Positions 49,255 through 62,610 of a stretch of 64,000 nucleotides of DNA are shown piece by piece. Positions within the stretch are counted from its first letter, which is position 1; every line of letters starts with the position of its first letter. This DNA is from Pristiophorus japonicus (taxonomy: Eukaryota). The stretch is taken from positions 197,904,001 to 197,968,000 of the forward strand of contig NC_091988.1 of assembly GCF_044704955.1 (NCBI RefSeq), in the 5' to 3' direction. The notes under the pieces were generated by a model. That model saw only the letters and a program-made list of their open reading frames with translations, was not told the origin of the DNA and ran no database searches. The position numbers and the translations under genes are program-made.

Positions 49255-49562
49255 TTGGGAGTCTAGGACCAGGGTTCACAGTCTCAGAATAAGGGGTCAG
49301 CCATTTAGAACCGAGAGAAATTTCTTCACTCAGAGAGTTGTGAATGTTTAGAATTCTCTACCCCAGAGAGCTGTGGAGGCTCAGTCGTTGAGTATATTCA
49401 AGGCAGAGATCGATAGATTTTTGGATATTCAGGGAATCAAGGGATATGGGGATAGTGCAGGAAAGTGGAGTTGAGGTAGAAGATCAGCCATGATCTCATT
49501 GAATGGCGGAGCAGGCTCGAGGGGCCCTATGGCCTACTCCCGCTCCTAATTCTTATGTTCTT
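49255..49562 (+). mobile_element. CR1 3' fragment
   Basis: CR1 3' end with ttcttatgttctta tail. Confidence 0.85.
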
Positions 49563-49948
49563 AGTTACATTTTATTTCACTGCTCACGAGCTGCCCACTT
49601 TCTATGGTTTCAGTTCAGTATCGGTAGCCATCACTGCAATAACTTATAAAGTGAGTGATTATGAGTGTGACAGTTCCCCTAATTGAGAGTTAGAGAGATA
49701 TTCTCAGGGTCAATGTACACAGGGGACAAAGTCCACTTATGGGAACCAGTGAGAGAGAGAGAGAGAGAAGTTCATTCAGCTTGCAACACTAGTTTGAGTC
49801 GATTGGACCTATACTCTCTGGAGTTTAGAAGAATGAGAGGTGGTCTCATTGAAACATACAAGATTCTGAGGGGGACTGACAGGGTAGATGCTGAGAGGTT
49901 GATTCCCCTGGCTGGAGAATCTAGAACTAGTGGGTATAGTCTCAGGAT

Positions 49949-52900
49949 TGTGATATCTTCTGTACGACCTCACAAACACACAGGCTTTAAGATGGCTGAT
50001 AACTTCAGGAAACTGTCAGGTGACCTGTTCCCTCTTTATTGTTGTAAACAGCAATGGCTGCATCACCACAGTAGTCCACTGGGTGGAGCTAAATATATAT
50101 TACATTTCTCCCTCCTTAATGAAGAAGTAATTATAACAGCAATCATCATACATAACTTGCATGGTTATACATAACAAAGGATATGGACTTATTTTTGCCA
50201 TATTTACAAATCAAACTTAACCACTTGTTTTCTGTTTTGAAGAGGATACCTTCACTCTCGAACAGAACTTTCTAAACATGGTGTTGAACTTAGACTCATT
50301 CTAGGCAGATCCTGAGGAAAGTTTTCCTGCAAGGGATGCCCTTGATCTACATTTGAACTCTCTACAACTTCAGAATGTTTGTCTGCCTGACTTGGACTCA
50401 GACTTAAATTCTGACTTTCTCGTGGACTTGTTTCTAGTACAACTGATGTAGGATTTGCTACTTTACTTGTATCAAAACTATCTGATGAGTCAGAAATAAT
50501 CGAATCATTCCAACCTTCAACTCCTTCCACATCTGTAGGTAAAATATGATCAGTGAACAAACCTAACCTGTCAATGATCAAACATCTTGACCAAATATGT
50601 CCGAGGACCATACATCTTCACCACTCTTCCTGGTAACCACTTTAACCATTTATGGTGATGGTTCTTCACCCTAAACTTCTGATTTAATTTCACACTTCTC
50701 CTTTTTACTCTACCTCGATCATGATTCTCTTTCTGTTTTAATTGTTTCTCTTCTACGGACTGTGCCAAATTTGGTTTTAACAACGAGAATCTGGTTCATG
50801 GCTATCATTTGAGAAACAATACTGCTGGTGTTCTACCAGTTGTTGTATGAGGAGTATTATGATACGTAATTAGAAAATTAGCCAATTTTTGATCCAATGA
50901 CAATTGTCGTTTCTTTGGATTTGGAGCCCAACATCTGTTCTATGAGGGCATGTTTTACAATTTGTACAGTGCACTCTGCTGCACCATTTGAAGCAGGGTG
51001 GTATGGTGGAACCTTGGTATGTTTCGCACCATTTTTGCTCATGAACTGTGCAAATTCTTCTGAACGAAATTGTGGTCCATTATCAGAAACAATTTCTTCT
51101 GGCAGGCCAAATGAAGAAAATACATTTTGCAAAATGTCTAATATTTTACTTGTTATTTTCCACGTTGGAAACACCTCAACCCACTTCGAATGGCTATCAA
51201 TCACAATGAACAATTGTTGTCCTTCTAGCTCAGCTAAATCGATATATAGCCTTTGCCACACCCTGGTAGGCCATTTCCATGGCTGTAATGGTACTGGTGG
51301 TGGTTGCTTGCTTACCGATTGACATGTTGTACACTGACTCACAATGTATATATCTTTATCTAAACTTGGCCACCATAAGTAACTGCGTGCAAAACTCTTG
51401 GTCAAGCACATTCCCAGGTGCTGGTCATGAAGATCTGCTAATAATTTGGACCTGAATTTATTTGGTATAACCACTCTTGCACCCCACATGATATAATCTC
51501 TATCAACTGATAATTCATTTCTACGAATGAAGAAAAGATGAATATCTTTCTCTAATACCTGATTTGGTCAGCCATTTGTGATGTAATCATACACCTTTGA
51601 CATCACTGGATCATGTTTGGTTGCTCTACCAATCTCTTCAGCTGTGATTGGCAGTTCATCAATGTATGAAAAATAAAACACTTCTTCCCTATCAGGTGTA
51701 ACTTGTGATGAGGAAGACAATCTAGACATAGCATCAGCATTACTGTGATCAGCTGATCATCTGTAATCAATATCTTATGTATATGTAATCAAAGCACATC
51801 TCTGCATTCGGGCTGCAGCTAATGTTGGAACTGGGGACATTGGATGGAGGATTGCTGTCAGGGGCTTATGGTCCGTAACGATGGTAAACTTATGACCATA
51901 CAAGTATTTGCGGAACCTGTTGACCCCAAAAATTAATGCCAAAGCTTCTTTTTCGATTTGTGCATAATTACGCTCACTAGCACTGAGAGTGTATGAAGCA
52001 AAAGCAATTGGTCTCTCCTCCCCATTATGTAATACATGAGAGATCACTGCCCCAACTCCATACGGAGAGGCATCACATGCTAGCTTGATCTCCTTCGATA
52101 CGTCATAGTGAACTAACATGATGCTCTCCACCAATTTGCTTTTACACTCCTTGAATGCTGCGTCGCATTCTTCTGACCACTTGCACGGGACCTGTTTTTT
52201 CAACAGCTCATTCAGTGAATATAACACGGTAGCCAAATTTGGTAGAAACTTCCCATAATAGTTCAAAAGACCCCAAAATGATCGAAATTCAGTGACAATC
52301 TTGGGAGTGGGTGCATTTCTAATTGCATCCAGCTTTCCCTTGGTTGGAATTAAACCATCTTTGTCTACTCTGTACCCTAAGTACTGCACTGAGTTTTGAA
52401 ATAACTGATTGCTCGCAAGTGTGACTGGCACTCTGTGCTTCTCTAGCCATTTGAGGACTTCATTCAATATGTTATTATGGATTTGCCAGTTTGTTGCTGA
52501 AATTAGTATGTCATCTACATAACATACTATCCCTTCAATGCCTTGCAAAATCTGGTTCATCACCCCTTGAAATATGACAGGGGCGGAAGACACTCCAAAT
52601 GGTAGCCTATTAAATTGATGTAGGCCTAGATGAGTATTTATCGTCAAGCATGACTTGAACTCCTCATCTAGTTCAAGTTGTAAGTAGGCATTTGTAAGAT
52701 CTAACTTTGAGAAGATCTGATCACCTGTCAGTGTTGTGAACAAATCTTCTACATTTGGCAATGTATTGGGGAGATTACCCTCCATAACCTGGTTTACGGT
52801 TACTTTATAATCACCACACAACCTTATCTTACCGTCGGACTCAGGTACAACAACAATGGGTGTAGCCCAATTACATTGATCTATCTTAAGATAATGTTCT

Positions 52901-55340
52901 CAGTCTCTAGTCTTTTGAGTTCTTGCTCAACTTTCTTCTTGTGTGTATGGTACGGGACATGGCTTGGAGTAAACTGGTCTAGCGTCCTTCTGTACCCTGA
53001 CACTCGCCTTGAAGCCTTGGATCAGACTGCCTGTTTCACATAACACCTTCGGATATTTCTTGATGACGTCATCCTTTGATGCAAATCTCGTTTCAACACG
53101 AAAAATCTCACTCCAATCCAGCTTCAGTGACCCCAACCAATTTCTTCCTAGTAATGCAGGCTTGTCTCCTGCCACCATTAAGAGGGCCAAGCTCTGAAAT
53201 TGATCCTTGTATTTCACTGGTACTGTGATACGACCTATCACAGGAATGTTTACTCCTGTGTAGCCTCGCAGCTCTATCTTGGATTTCTCCAATGGGAAAT
53301 CACGCAATTTGTTAAGGTATAGTGATTCCGGTACTACACTCTTGGATGCACCAGTGTCGATTTCCATGGGTATCTTGTTTCCTGCAACATCTACTTGGAT
53401 GATGATACTTTTAGAATCGCTGTTAGATACCCTCATGCTCCTGATGATGTATATCTCTTCATCCTGTTGCTTTTCTTCCATGCTATGTAGTCTCTGGGGA
53501 TTTCTACTTATAGCCTTGAAAGTTGGTTTACTCTTCAGTTGGCATGCCTTTGCAAGATGCCCAGTTTTCCTACAGAAGAAACACTCTGCCTTCACATATG
53601 GACAACTTTGAGCAATGTGTTGTCCCAGGCACCTACAGCATGACTTCTTCAGTGTATTGCTATCTTGGCCAGTTTCTGAGGCCTTGGGACCCAACTCCCT
53701 TTTTATTTTTAACCTGCAGGTGACGACATTCAAGGTGAATCACCTGCAGGTTAAAAATAAAAATCATTGAAGGTTGACATGCAGGTACAGCAGGTGGTTA
53801 AGAAAGCAAATGGCATGTTGGCCTTCATAGCGAGGGGATTTGAGTACAGGGGCAGGGAGGTGTTACTACAGTTGTACAGGGCCCTGGTGAGGCCACACCT
53901 GGAGTATTGTGTACAGTTTTGGTCTCCTAACTTGAGGAAGGACATTCTTGCTATTGAGGGAGTGCAGCGAAGGTTCACCAGACTGGGATGGTGGGACTGA
54001 CATATCAAGAAAGACTGGATCAACTGGGCTTGTATTCACTGGAGTTCAGAAGAATGAGAGGGGATCTCATAGAAACGTTTAAAATTCTGATGTGTTTAGA
54101 CAGGTTAGATGCAGGAAGAATGTTCCCAATGTTGGGGAAGTCCAGAACCAGGGGTCACAGTCTAAGGATAAGGGATAAGCCATTTAGGACCGAGATGAGG
54201 AGAAACTTCTTCACCCAGAGAGTGGTGAACCTGTGGAATTCTCTACCACAGAAAGTTGTTGAGGCCAATTCACTAAATATATTCAAAAAGGAGTTAGATG
54301 TAGTCCTTACTACTAGGGGGAATCAAGGGGTATGGCGAGAAAGCAGGAATGGGGTACTGAAGTTGCATGTTCAGCCATGAACTCATTGAATGGTGGTGCA
54401 GGCTCTAAGGGCCGAATGGCCTACTCCTGCACCTATTTTCTATGTTTCTATGTTTCTATGACACGAAATATTATGAAATTCTTGGGAATATTAGTCAGCC
54501 ATGTCCATTGACATAGCTATCTGACAAGCTAAATTAATAGTCAAGTTAGGGGTTGTCAATAACTCTCTACTGATCACTTCATTTTCCATCCCACAAACAA
54601 AGCGGTTACGCAATGCTCGGTCCTGAAAGTTTCCGAAATAACAGTGAATAGATAGCTCCTTTAATGCTACAATGTACTCACTGATACTTTTGTCGGTTAA
54701 CTAATATCATATTCCGAAACGATAACTTTCAACAATTTTCAGGGGCTCAGGACTGTAGTGCTGTTCTCTGCTTAAGTAATGTGTCCTTTGGCACAAGCTA
54801 ATTTTTCAGGGTTTCACACACCTCAGGGCCTGCTTCAGTTAAGAAAATAGCCCGTTTTCTTTCCAACACCACCTGGTTACAGTTTTCATCATCAGGGACT
54901 TCGATGATACTATTCGCAGTGAAAATCATTTCTAGCCGCTCCACATATGCTCCGAAAGTTTCACAGTGCTGTTGAAACTTACCCAAGTGCCCTATTATTC
55001 CCATAGGCGCAGCTATCTGGACTCTGGCAGTTCAGCCAAGTGTGCTTGTAATTTACCTTTGATTTTTTGCTGTTAATCAAAACAAAGAAGCTCTCAAAGT
55101 CTCTCTGTTGGTTGGTTAAATCATCCACCAACAAAAATTTTAGCTAGGTTATCCAGAAATCCTATCCTTCGTCACCAATGTGATATCTTCTATCCGACCT
55201 CACAAGCACACAGGCTTTAAGATGGCTGATAACTTCAGGAACCTGTCAGGTGACCTGTTGCCTCTTTATTGTTGTAAACAGCAATGGCTGCATTACCACA
55301 GTAATCCACTGGGTGGCGCTATATATATATATATATTACA
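49949..55340 (-). mobile_element. Full-length decayed Gypsy/Ty3 LTR retrotransposon (Gypsy-1)
   Basis: LTRs 55179-55340 (5') and 49949-50104 (3'), TG...CA; TSD aggat/aggct; PBS next to 55178; PPT ttaaggagggagaaa. gag (54798-55004), CCHC knuckle and protease IDTGAS (52927-53733), RT YVDD/RNase H (51775-52821), integrase SDNGPQF (50878-51489); order PR-RT-RH-IN. Confidence 0.97.
53764..54460 (+). mobile_element. Young CR1 3' fragment inserted in Gypsy-1 gag
   Basis: ORFs 53767-54000 and 53988-54380; (ttctatgt)n tail; same subfamily as 16124-17238. Confidence 0.93.
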
Positions 55341-55691
55341 AGGCTAAGGGGTTGGCCATTTAAGACTGAGATGAGGAGAAATTTTTTCACTCAGAGGGCT
55401 GTGAATCTTTGGAATTCTCTGCCCCAAAAGACCGTATGCCGGGTCTCTCAATATATTCAAGGCTGGCTGAGATCGATAGATTTTTGGAGTCTAGGGGAAT
55501 CAAGGGATATGGAGATCGGGCGGGAAACTGGAGTTGTGGTCAAAGATCAGTCATGATCTTATTGAAGGGTGGAGCAGACTCGAGGGGCCGACTGGCCTAC
55601 TCCTGCTCCTAGTTCTTATGTTTGTGTGCACAGGCTAAAATCAAGCTAATAACTTGACTGATGGAAGGTTTACTTTAAACTCCCATTTTAG

Positions 55692-55762
55692 GTTTTTCTG
55701 CCCTCCGCCCTCTGTCTACCTGAGCGGTCCGGGATGGAGAATAAAACACGAGCAACTCAAAT
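55692..55762 (+). CDS. RBPJL: RBPJL exon 4 (71 nt; absent from the ORF track)
   Basis: ccattttag|G TTT TTC TGC CCT CCG CCC TCT GTC TAC CTG AGC GGT CCG GGA TGG AGA...AAA T|gtaagg = (R)FFCPPPSVYLSGPGWRIKHEQLK. Continues exon 3 in phase; YLSGPGWR matches RBPJL rather than RBPJ (YLMGSGWK). Confidence 0.95.
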
Positions 55763-56671
55763 GTAAGGAAGTCTTAACATTAACCGGGGTATTTACTTAG
55801 CAATTACGTGGCGTTTGGAGGGAATCTATTATTCAGGATCTGCATGCCACGGCAAGACTGACAGACGGAGAAAGGTCAGACAGAAAGGCATTGGCTAAGG
55901 GCACGAGATGTTTTGCGGTCGGAAATGACGGAGAGGAAAGGACCGCCTGGCGCATCGATCCCGCCGCACGCACGTTGTGATGGCGGAAGCCTCTTGGTTA
56001 GAAACCCATACAGCACAGAGGAGGCCTCTTTGACACGCGCCTCCCCACCATCAGCCATGTAACCTCCGAGGAGAGGCCAAAAAAAAACTCATAGACAATT
56101 CAGGGAAAAAGAACGATTCCTCTCCGACACCCCAACCCCCCCCCCCAGACCCCCGCCCTCCCCCCCGACCACCCCCCCCTCCCCCCCCGCACCCCTTTAG
56201 GCGATTGCCAGGAATTTCTGCCTTTCAAATAACTTGGCCCGCTCCCGCGTTTCTCCGATTGGCTGACCAGGAGAGAGGTTGAATTTGCAGGGTCATGTGC
56301 GCGCTAGCTGAAGTATTACAATTTAAAAAAATGTTTATTTAAAAAAAAAAACTAGCACTTGGGGCACTTTAGTGCAGCGTACGAGCACACTGACCTTTCA
56401 CCTCTCGGGCCTGGTTCACATCGATAAGGCGACGGTTGTTCGGCTGCAAGGGCTCCGATGGGAAATGGGTTTGGAGCAGCATCGACCCACTGGGCATGGG
56501 CACACGGCACAGCAGTGCACACGATCTGCCACCACATTGGCCATCGCACACTTGGTGGGAAGTGTGGCCCAATGGCACTGCCCGTTTGAGGTTGAGGTAT
56601 ACTGCCTAACACGTTACTCTGTAGTTGGTTTGCGCTTGGAATGCTTGAGTGCCTGAAATGAGAAAGTGTCT

Positions 56672-56830
56672 TACAGAGAATGTACAGCACAGAAACAGGC
56701 CACTTGGACCAACAGGTCCGTGCCTGTAGATACGCTCCACACCAGCCTCCTCCCACCCTATCAGCACATCCTTCTATTCCTTTCTCCTCCATGTGTTTAC
56801 CTCGCTTCCTCTTTAAATGCATCTATACTA
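56672..56830 (-). mobile_element. CR1 3' tip
   Basis: KHMEEKGIEGCADRV; same subfamily as 11930-12460. Confidence 0.75.
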
Positions 56831-57107
56831 CATACACATACAAGATTCTGAAGGGGATTGACCGGGTAGATGCAGCGATGTTGTTTCCTCCTGGCTGGAG
56901 ACTAGAACTCGGGGGCACAGTCTCAAGATAAGGGGTCAGCCATTTAAGACAGAGATGAGGAGGAATTTCTTCACTAAAAGGGTGGTGAATCTCTGGAATT
57001 CTCTGCCCCAGAGGGCTGTGGATGCGGAGGCTCTGAGTATATTCAAGGCTGCGATCCATTGATTTTTGGAGTACAGGTTGAGCATCTGAAATCCGGAGTT
57101 TCGGAAT

Positions 57108-60100
57108 TGTGATATATTCACAGAGCACAGCACACAGAGCTCTTAACATGGCAGGCAGCTCTCTCGGAAGCTTCCGGAATCTGCCTGGTTCTGTTTATTA
57201 TCAACTCCGCAGTGCAGTACACAATACGTCCACATCCACAGTATGGAGCTACAAACATTACAAGCTTACAGACATTACACTTCTCCCTCCTTAATGAAGA
57301 AGTTATTATAACAAACATCATACATAACTTTCATGTTTATACATATTTACAAATTCAACTTTACCACTTGTTTTCTGTTTCGAAGAGGATACCTTCGTTC
57401 TCGAACAGAACCCTCCAAACATTGTGTCGATTTCACATTCATTTGAGGCTCATCCCGAGGAACATTTTCCTCCATGGAATTTCCTTGATTTTCATTTGAA
57501 CTCACTCTAACTTCAGGCTCTTTGTTTTCCTGACTCGGACTCAGACTTTCATTCTGATTCTCTCCTGGATTTGTTTCCAGTACATTGGATTTAGGATTTG
57601 CTACTGGTGTATCAAACTATCTGATGACTCAGAAATAATTGAATCATTCCCATCTTCAACTCCTTCCATGTCTGTAGGTAAAATATGATCAATATGAACA
57701 AATCTAACCTGCCCATTATCAAATGCCTTTACCAAATATGTGCGAGGACCACATATCTTCACCACTCTTCCACTTTAACCATTTATGGTAATGGTTCTTC
57801 ACTCTAACCTTCTGGTTTAATTTCACACTTCTCTCTTTTACTCTACCTCTATCAAGATTCTCTTTCTGTCTTAATTGTGTCTCTTCTACGGACTGTGCCA
57901 AATTTGGTTTTAACAACGAGAATCTGGTTCGTGGCTGTCGCTTGAGAAACAACTCTGCTGGTGTTCTACCAGTAGTTGTATGAGGAGTATTTCAATATGT
58001 AATCAAAAAATTAGCCAATTTGTGATTCAATGACAACTGTCGTTTCCTTGGATCTGGATCTAACATTTGTTTGATGAGGGCACGTTTGAGAATTTGTATA
58101 GTGCGCTCTGCTGCACCATTCGAAGCAGGATGGTATGGTGGAACCTTGGTATATTTCACACCATTTTTGCTCGTGAATTGTGCAAATTCTTCTGAATGAA
58201 ATTGTGGTGCATTATCCAAAACAATTTCTTCAGGGAGGCCAAATGAAGAAAATAATTTTCGCAAAATGTCCAATGTTTTATTTGTTATTTTCCACATTGG
58301 AAACACCTCAACCCATTTTGAATGGCTATCAATCACAATGAACAATTGTTGTCCTTCTAACTCAGCAAAATCAATATGTAGCCTTTGCCACACCCTGGGA
58401 GGCAATTTCCATGGCTGTAATGGTACTGCTGGTGGTTGCTTGCTTACCGATTGACATGTCGTACACTGACCCACGATGCACTCTATATCTTTATCAAGAC
58501 CTGGCCACCATAAATAACTGTGTGCAAAACGCTTGGTCAAGCACATTCCCAAGTGCCGGTCATGGAGGTCTCCTAATAATTTGGACCTGAATTTAATTGG
58601 TATAACCACTCTTGTATCCCACATGATATAATTTTATCGACTGATAATTCATTCCTACGAATGAAGAATGGATGTGTATCTTTGTCTGTTACCTGGTTTG
58701 GCCATCCATTTGCAATATAATCATACACCTTTGACATCACTGGGTCACGTTTGGTTGCTCTACCAATCTCTTCAGCTGTGACTGGCAGTTCATCAATGTA
58801 TGAAAAATAAAACACTTCTTCCCTATCGGGTGTAACTTGTGATGGGGAAGGCAATTTCGACATTGCATCAGCATTACTGTGACCAGCTGATCGTCTGTAT
58901 TCAATATCATATGTATACGCTGACAAAATCAAAGCCCATCTCTGCATTTGGGCTGCAGCTAAGGTTGGAACTGGGGACTTTGGATGGAGGATTGCTGTTG
59001 GGGGCTTATGGTCTGTAACGATGGTAAACTTACGACCATACAAGTATTTGTGAAACTTCTTGACCCCAAAAATTAATGCCAAAGCTTCCCTTTCAATTTG
59101 CGCATATTTACTCTCACTGGCACTGAGTGCGTGAAGCAAAAGCAATTGGTCTCTCCTCCCCACTACTTAATACATGAGAGATCACTGTCCCAACTCCATA
59201 CAGAGAGGCATCACATGCTAGCTTAATCTCCTTAGATATGTCATAGTGAACTAACATGGTGCTCTCTAACAATTTGCTTTTACACTCCTTGAATGCTGTA
59301 TCGCATTCTTTTGACCACTTCCAATGGACCTGCTTTTTCAAAGGTTCATTCAGTGGATGTAATACTGTAGCCAGATTTGGTAGGAACTTCCCATAATAGT
59401 TCAAAAGACCCAAGAATGAACAAAGTTCAGTGATATTCCTGGGAGTGGGTGCATTTCTAATTGCATCCAATTTTCCTTGGTTGGATGTAAACCATCTTTG
59501 TCTACTCTGTACCCTAAGTACTCCACTGAATTTTAAAATAACTCACACTTACGAGCAGACACTCGTATTCTGTGCTTCTCTAACCGTTTGAGGACTTCAA
59601 TCAATATTTATTATGAATTTGCCTATTTGGTGCTGAAATTAGTATGTCATCCAAAAAACATACTACCCCTTCAATACCTTGCAAAATCTGGTTCATCACC
59701 CCTTGGAATATGGCAGGGGCGGAAGACACTTCAAACGGTATCCTATTAAATTGATATAGGCCTAGATGAGTATTTATAGTCAAACATGACTTGGACTCCT
59801 CATCTAGTTCAAGCTGTAAGTAGGCATTCGTAAGATCCAGTTTTGAGAAGATCTGACCACCTGTCAGTGTTGTGAACAAATCTTCTATATTCGGCAATGT
59901 ATTGGGGACATTACCCTCTAGAACCTGGTTTACAGTTACTTTATAATCACCACACAATCTTACCTTACCATCGGACTTAGGTACAACAACAATGGGTGTA
60001 GCCCAATTACATCGATCTATCTTACAAATAATGTTCTCAGTCTCTAGTCTTTTGAGTTCTTGCTCAACTTTCTCCTTGAGTGCATATGGTACGGAACGCG

Positions 60101-61793
60101 GCTTGTAGTAAACCGATCTAGCGTCCTTCTGTACCCTGACACTCAGCTTGAAGCCTTGGATCGGACTGCCCGTTTTGCAGAACACCTTCGGATACTTCTT
60201 GATAACCTCATCCGTTGATGAAAATCTCGCTTCCACACAGAAAATCTTACTCCAATCCAGCTTCAGTAAGCTCAACCAATTTCTTCCGAGTAAGGCAGGC
60301 TTGTCTCCTTTCACTACTATTAGAGGCAAGTTCTGAAATTGATCTTTATATTTCACCGGTACGGTGATACGACCTACCACAGGAATTTTCTCTCCCGAGT
60401 AGCCTCGCAGCTCTATCTTGGATTTCTCCAGTTGGAAATCATGCAATTTGTCACGGTACAGTGACTCTGGTACACTCACGGATGCACCCATGTCAATTTC
60501 CATTGGTATCTTGAATCCCGCAACATCTATGTGGATTTTGATGCTTTCCGAATCGCTGTCCGTTAACCTCGTGCTCCTGATGACGTGTAACTCTAACATC
60601 TCCTCGTCCTGTTGTTGTTCTTCCATGCTATGTAGTCTCTTGGGATTTCTACTCATAGCTTTGAACTCTGGACTCGTAGCTTTAAAAGCTGGTTTACCCT
60701 TCAGTCGGCATGCCTTTGCAAGATGCCCAGACTTCCTGCAGAAGAAACACTCTGCCTTCACGTATGGATAACTTTGAGCAATGTGTTGTCCCAGGCACCT
60801 ATAGCACGACTTCGACGCTCTGTTAGAATTTCCAGTTTCTGAGACTTTGGGCCCCCATCATCTTTTACTTTGAACCTGCAGGTGATTTACCTCGGTTGAC
60901 TGACGACAGTAATTATTATTTAATTCTCGGGAATATTGTTCAGCCATGCCCATCGACCTCGCAGTCTGACAAGCAATCTCAAAAGTCAAATCATCCATCG
61001 TCAATAGCTTCCTTCTGATCGCATCATTTTTCACCCCACAAACAAAATGATCCCGCAATGCTCGGTTTTGAAAGTTTCCAAAATTACAGTGCATCGATAG
61101 CTTTTTTTAATGCTACGATGTAATCACCGATACATTCATTAGACTTTTGATTCCGAATCCCAAAACGATAGCTTTCAGCAATTTCTAACGGTTTCGGGTT
61201 ACAGTGCTGCTCCAGCTTCATTAAAATCTCTTTAAGCGTTGTGTCCTTTGGCTCGTCAGGCACAAGCAGATTTACAAGGGTTTCGTACAATGCCGGACCT
61301 GCCTCCGATAAGAAGATCGCTTTCTTACGTTCCAACAGCCTGGTTCTGGACTGCATTGTCTGGAACTTCGATTATGTTATTTGCAGTGAAATACATTTCT
61401 AGCCGATCCACATACGCTTTAAAACATTCCCGGTCGTGTCTATATTCACCCAAATGTCCCAATACACCTGCCATTTTAATCTCTAGCTGTTCACACCGTG
61501 TGCTGTATTTTACCTCGGATTTTGTAGCTTTTTCCCAAAGACAGAAACTTCCAAAGTCTCTGTCGGCTGGCTGAATCCTTCAACAAAATTTAAGCTTTAA
61601 ATCATCCGAAAAATCCCATCTCATCGCCAAATGTGATATGTTCACAGGGCACAGCACACACAGCTCCTAACATGGCAGACAGCTCTCTCGGAAGCCCCCA
61701 GAATCTGCCTGGTTCTGTTTATTATTAACCCTGCACTTGCAGTCCACATCCACAATGTGGAGCTAAAAACATTACAAGCCTACAGACATTACA
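57108..61793 (-). mobile_element. Full-length decayed Gypsy/Ty3 LTR retrotransposon (Gypsy-2)
   Basis: LTRs 61632-61793 (5') and 57108-57279 (3'); perfect TSD ggaat; PBS 61612-61629; PPT; gag (60858-61470), CCHC/protease/RT FLDD (59601-60761), RNase H (58573-59470), integrase (57992-58624). Confidence 0.97.
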
Positions 61794-61914
61794 GGAATGT
61801 TCCGGAATACGGACACCGGGCCGATCTGTGGCGGGGTTGTCCGGAATCTGGAAAATGTTCCGAAATCCGGACCCTCCGCCGCCCCCACACCCCGCTCGGC
61901 CGCCTGGCCTCCTT

Positions 61915-62610
61915 CCGCCCGACCTCCTCCCGCTTGACCTCCCGACCTCCTGACCCCCTCCCGCCCGACCTCCTCCCGCTCGACCTCTCGACCTCCTGAC
62001 CCCCTCCCGCCCGACCTCCTCCCGCTTGACCTCCCGACCTCCTCCCGCTTGACCCCCCGACCTCCTGACCCCCTCCCGCCCGACCTCCTCCCGCTCGACC
62101 TCCCGACCTCCTGACCCCCTCCCACCTGACCTCCTCCCACTTGACCTCCCCACCTCCTCCCGCTCGACCCCCCCGACCTCCTGACCCCCTCGCGCTCGAC
62201 CTCCTCCCGCTTGACCTCCCGACCTCCTCCCGCTCGACCTCTCGACCTCCTGACCCCCTCCCGCCCGACCTCCTCCCGCTTGACCTCCCGATCTCCTCCC
62301 GCTCGACCCCCCGACCTCCTGACCTCCTCCCGCCTGACCTCCTCCCGCTCGACCTCCCGACCTCCTGACCCCCTCCTGCCCGACCTCCTCCCACTTGACC
62401 TCCCCACCTCCTCCCGCTCGACCCTCCCCGACCTTCTGACCCCCTCCCGCCCGACCTCCTCCCGCTTGACCTCCCGACCTCCTCCCGCTCGACCTCCCGA
62501 CCTCCTAACCTCCTCCCACCCTAACTCCTCCCGCTTGACTTCCTCCCGCCCGACCTCCTCCCGCTCGACCTCCCGACTTCCCGACCACCTCCCGCTCGAC
62601 CTCCTCCCAC
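61915..62610. repeat. C-rich compound tandem repeat
   Basis: Mosaic of short units cgacctcctcccgct, cgacctcc and tgaccccctcccgcc; strongly strand-asymmetric. Confidence 0.93.

Larger units (their letters stand above)
49793..55620 (+). mobile_element. CR1 3' fragment split by Gypsy-1 (pieces 49793-49948 and 55341-55620)
   Basis: gtctcaggat|aaggggttggccatttaagactgag rejoins across the LTR element. Confidence 0.85.
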
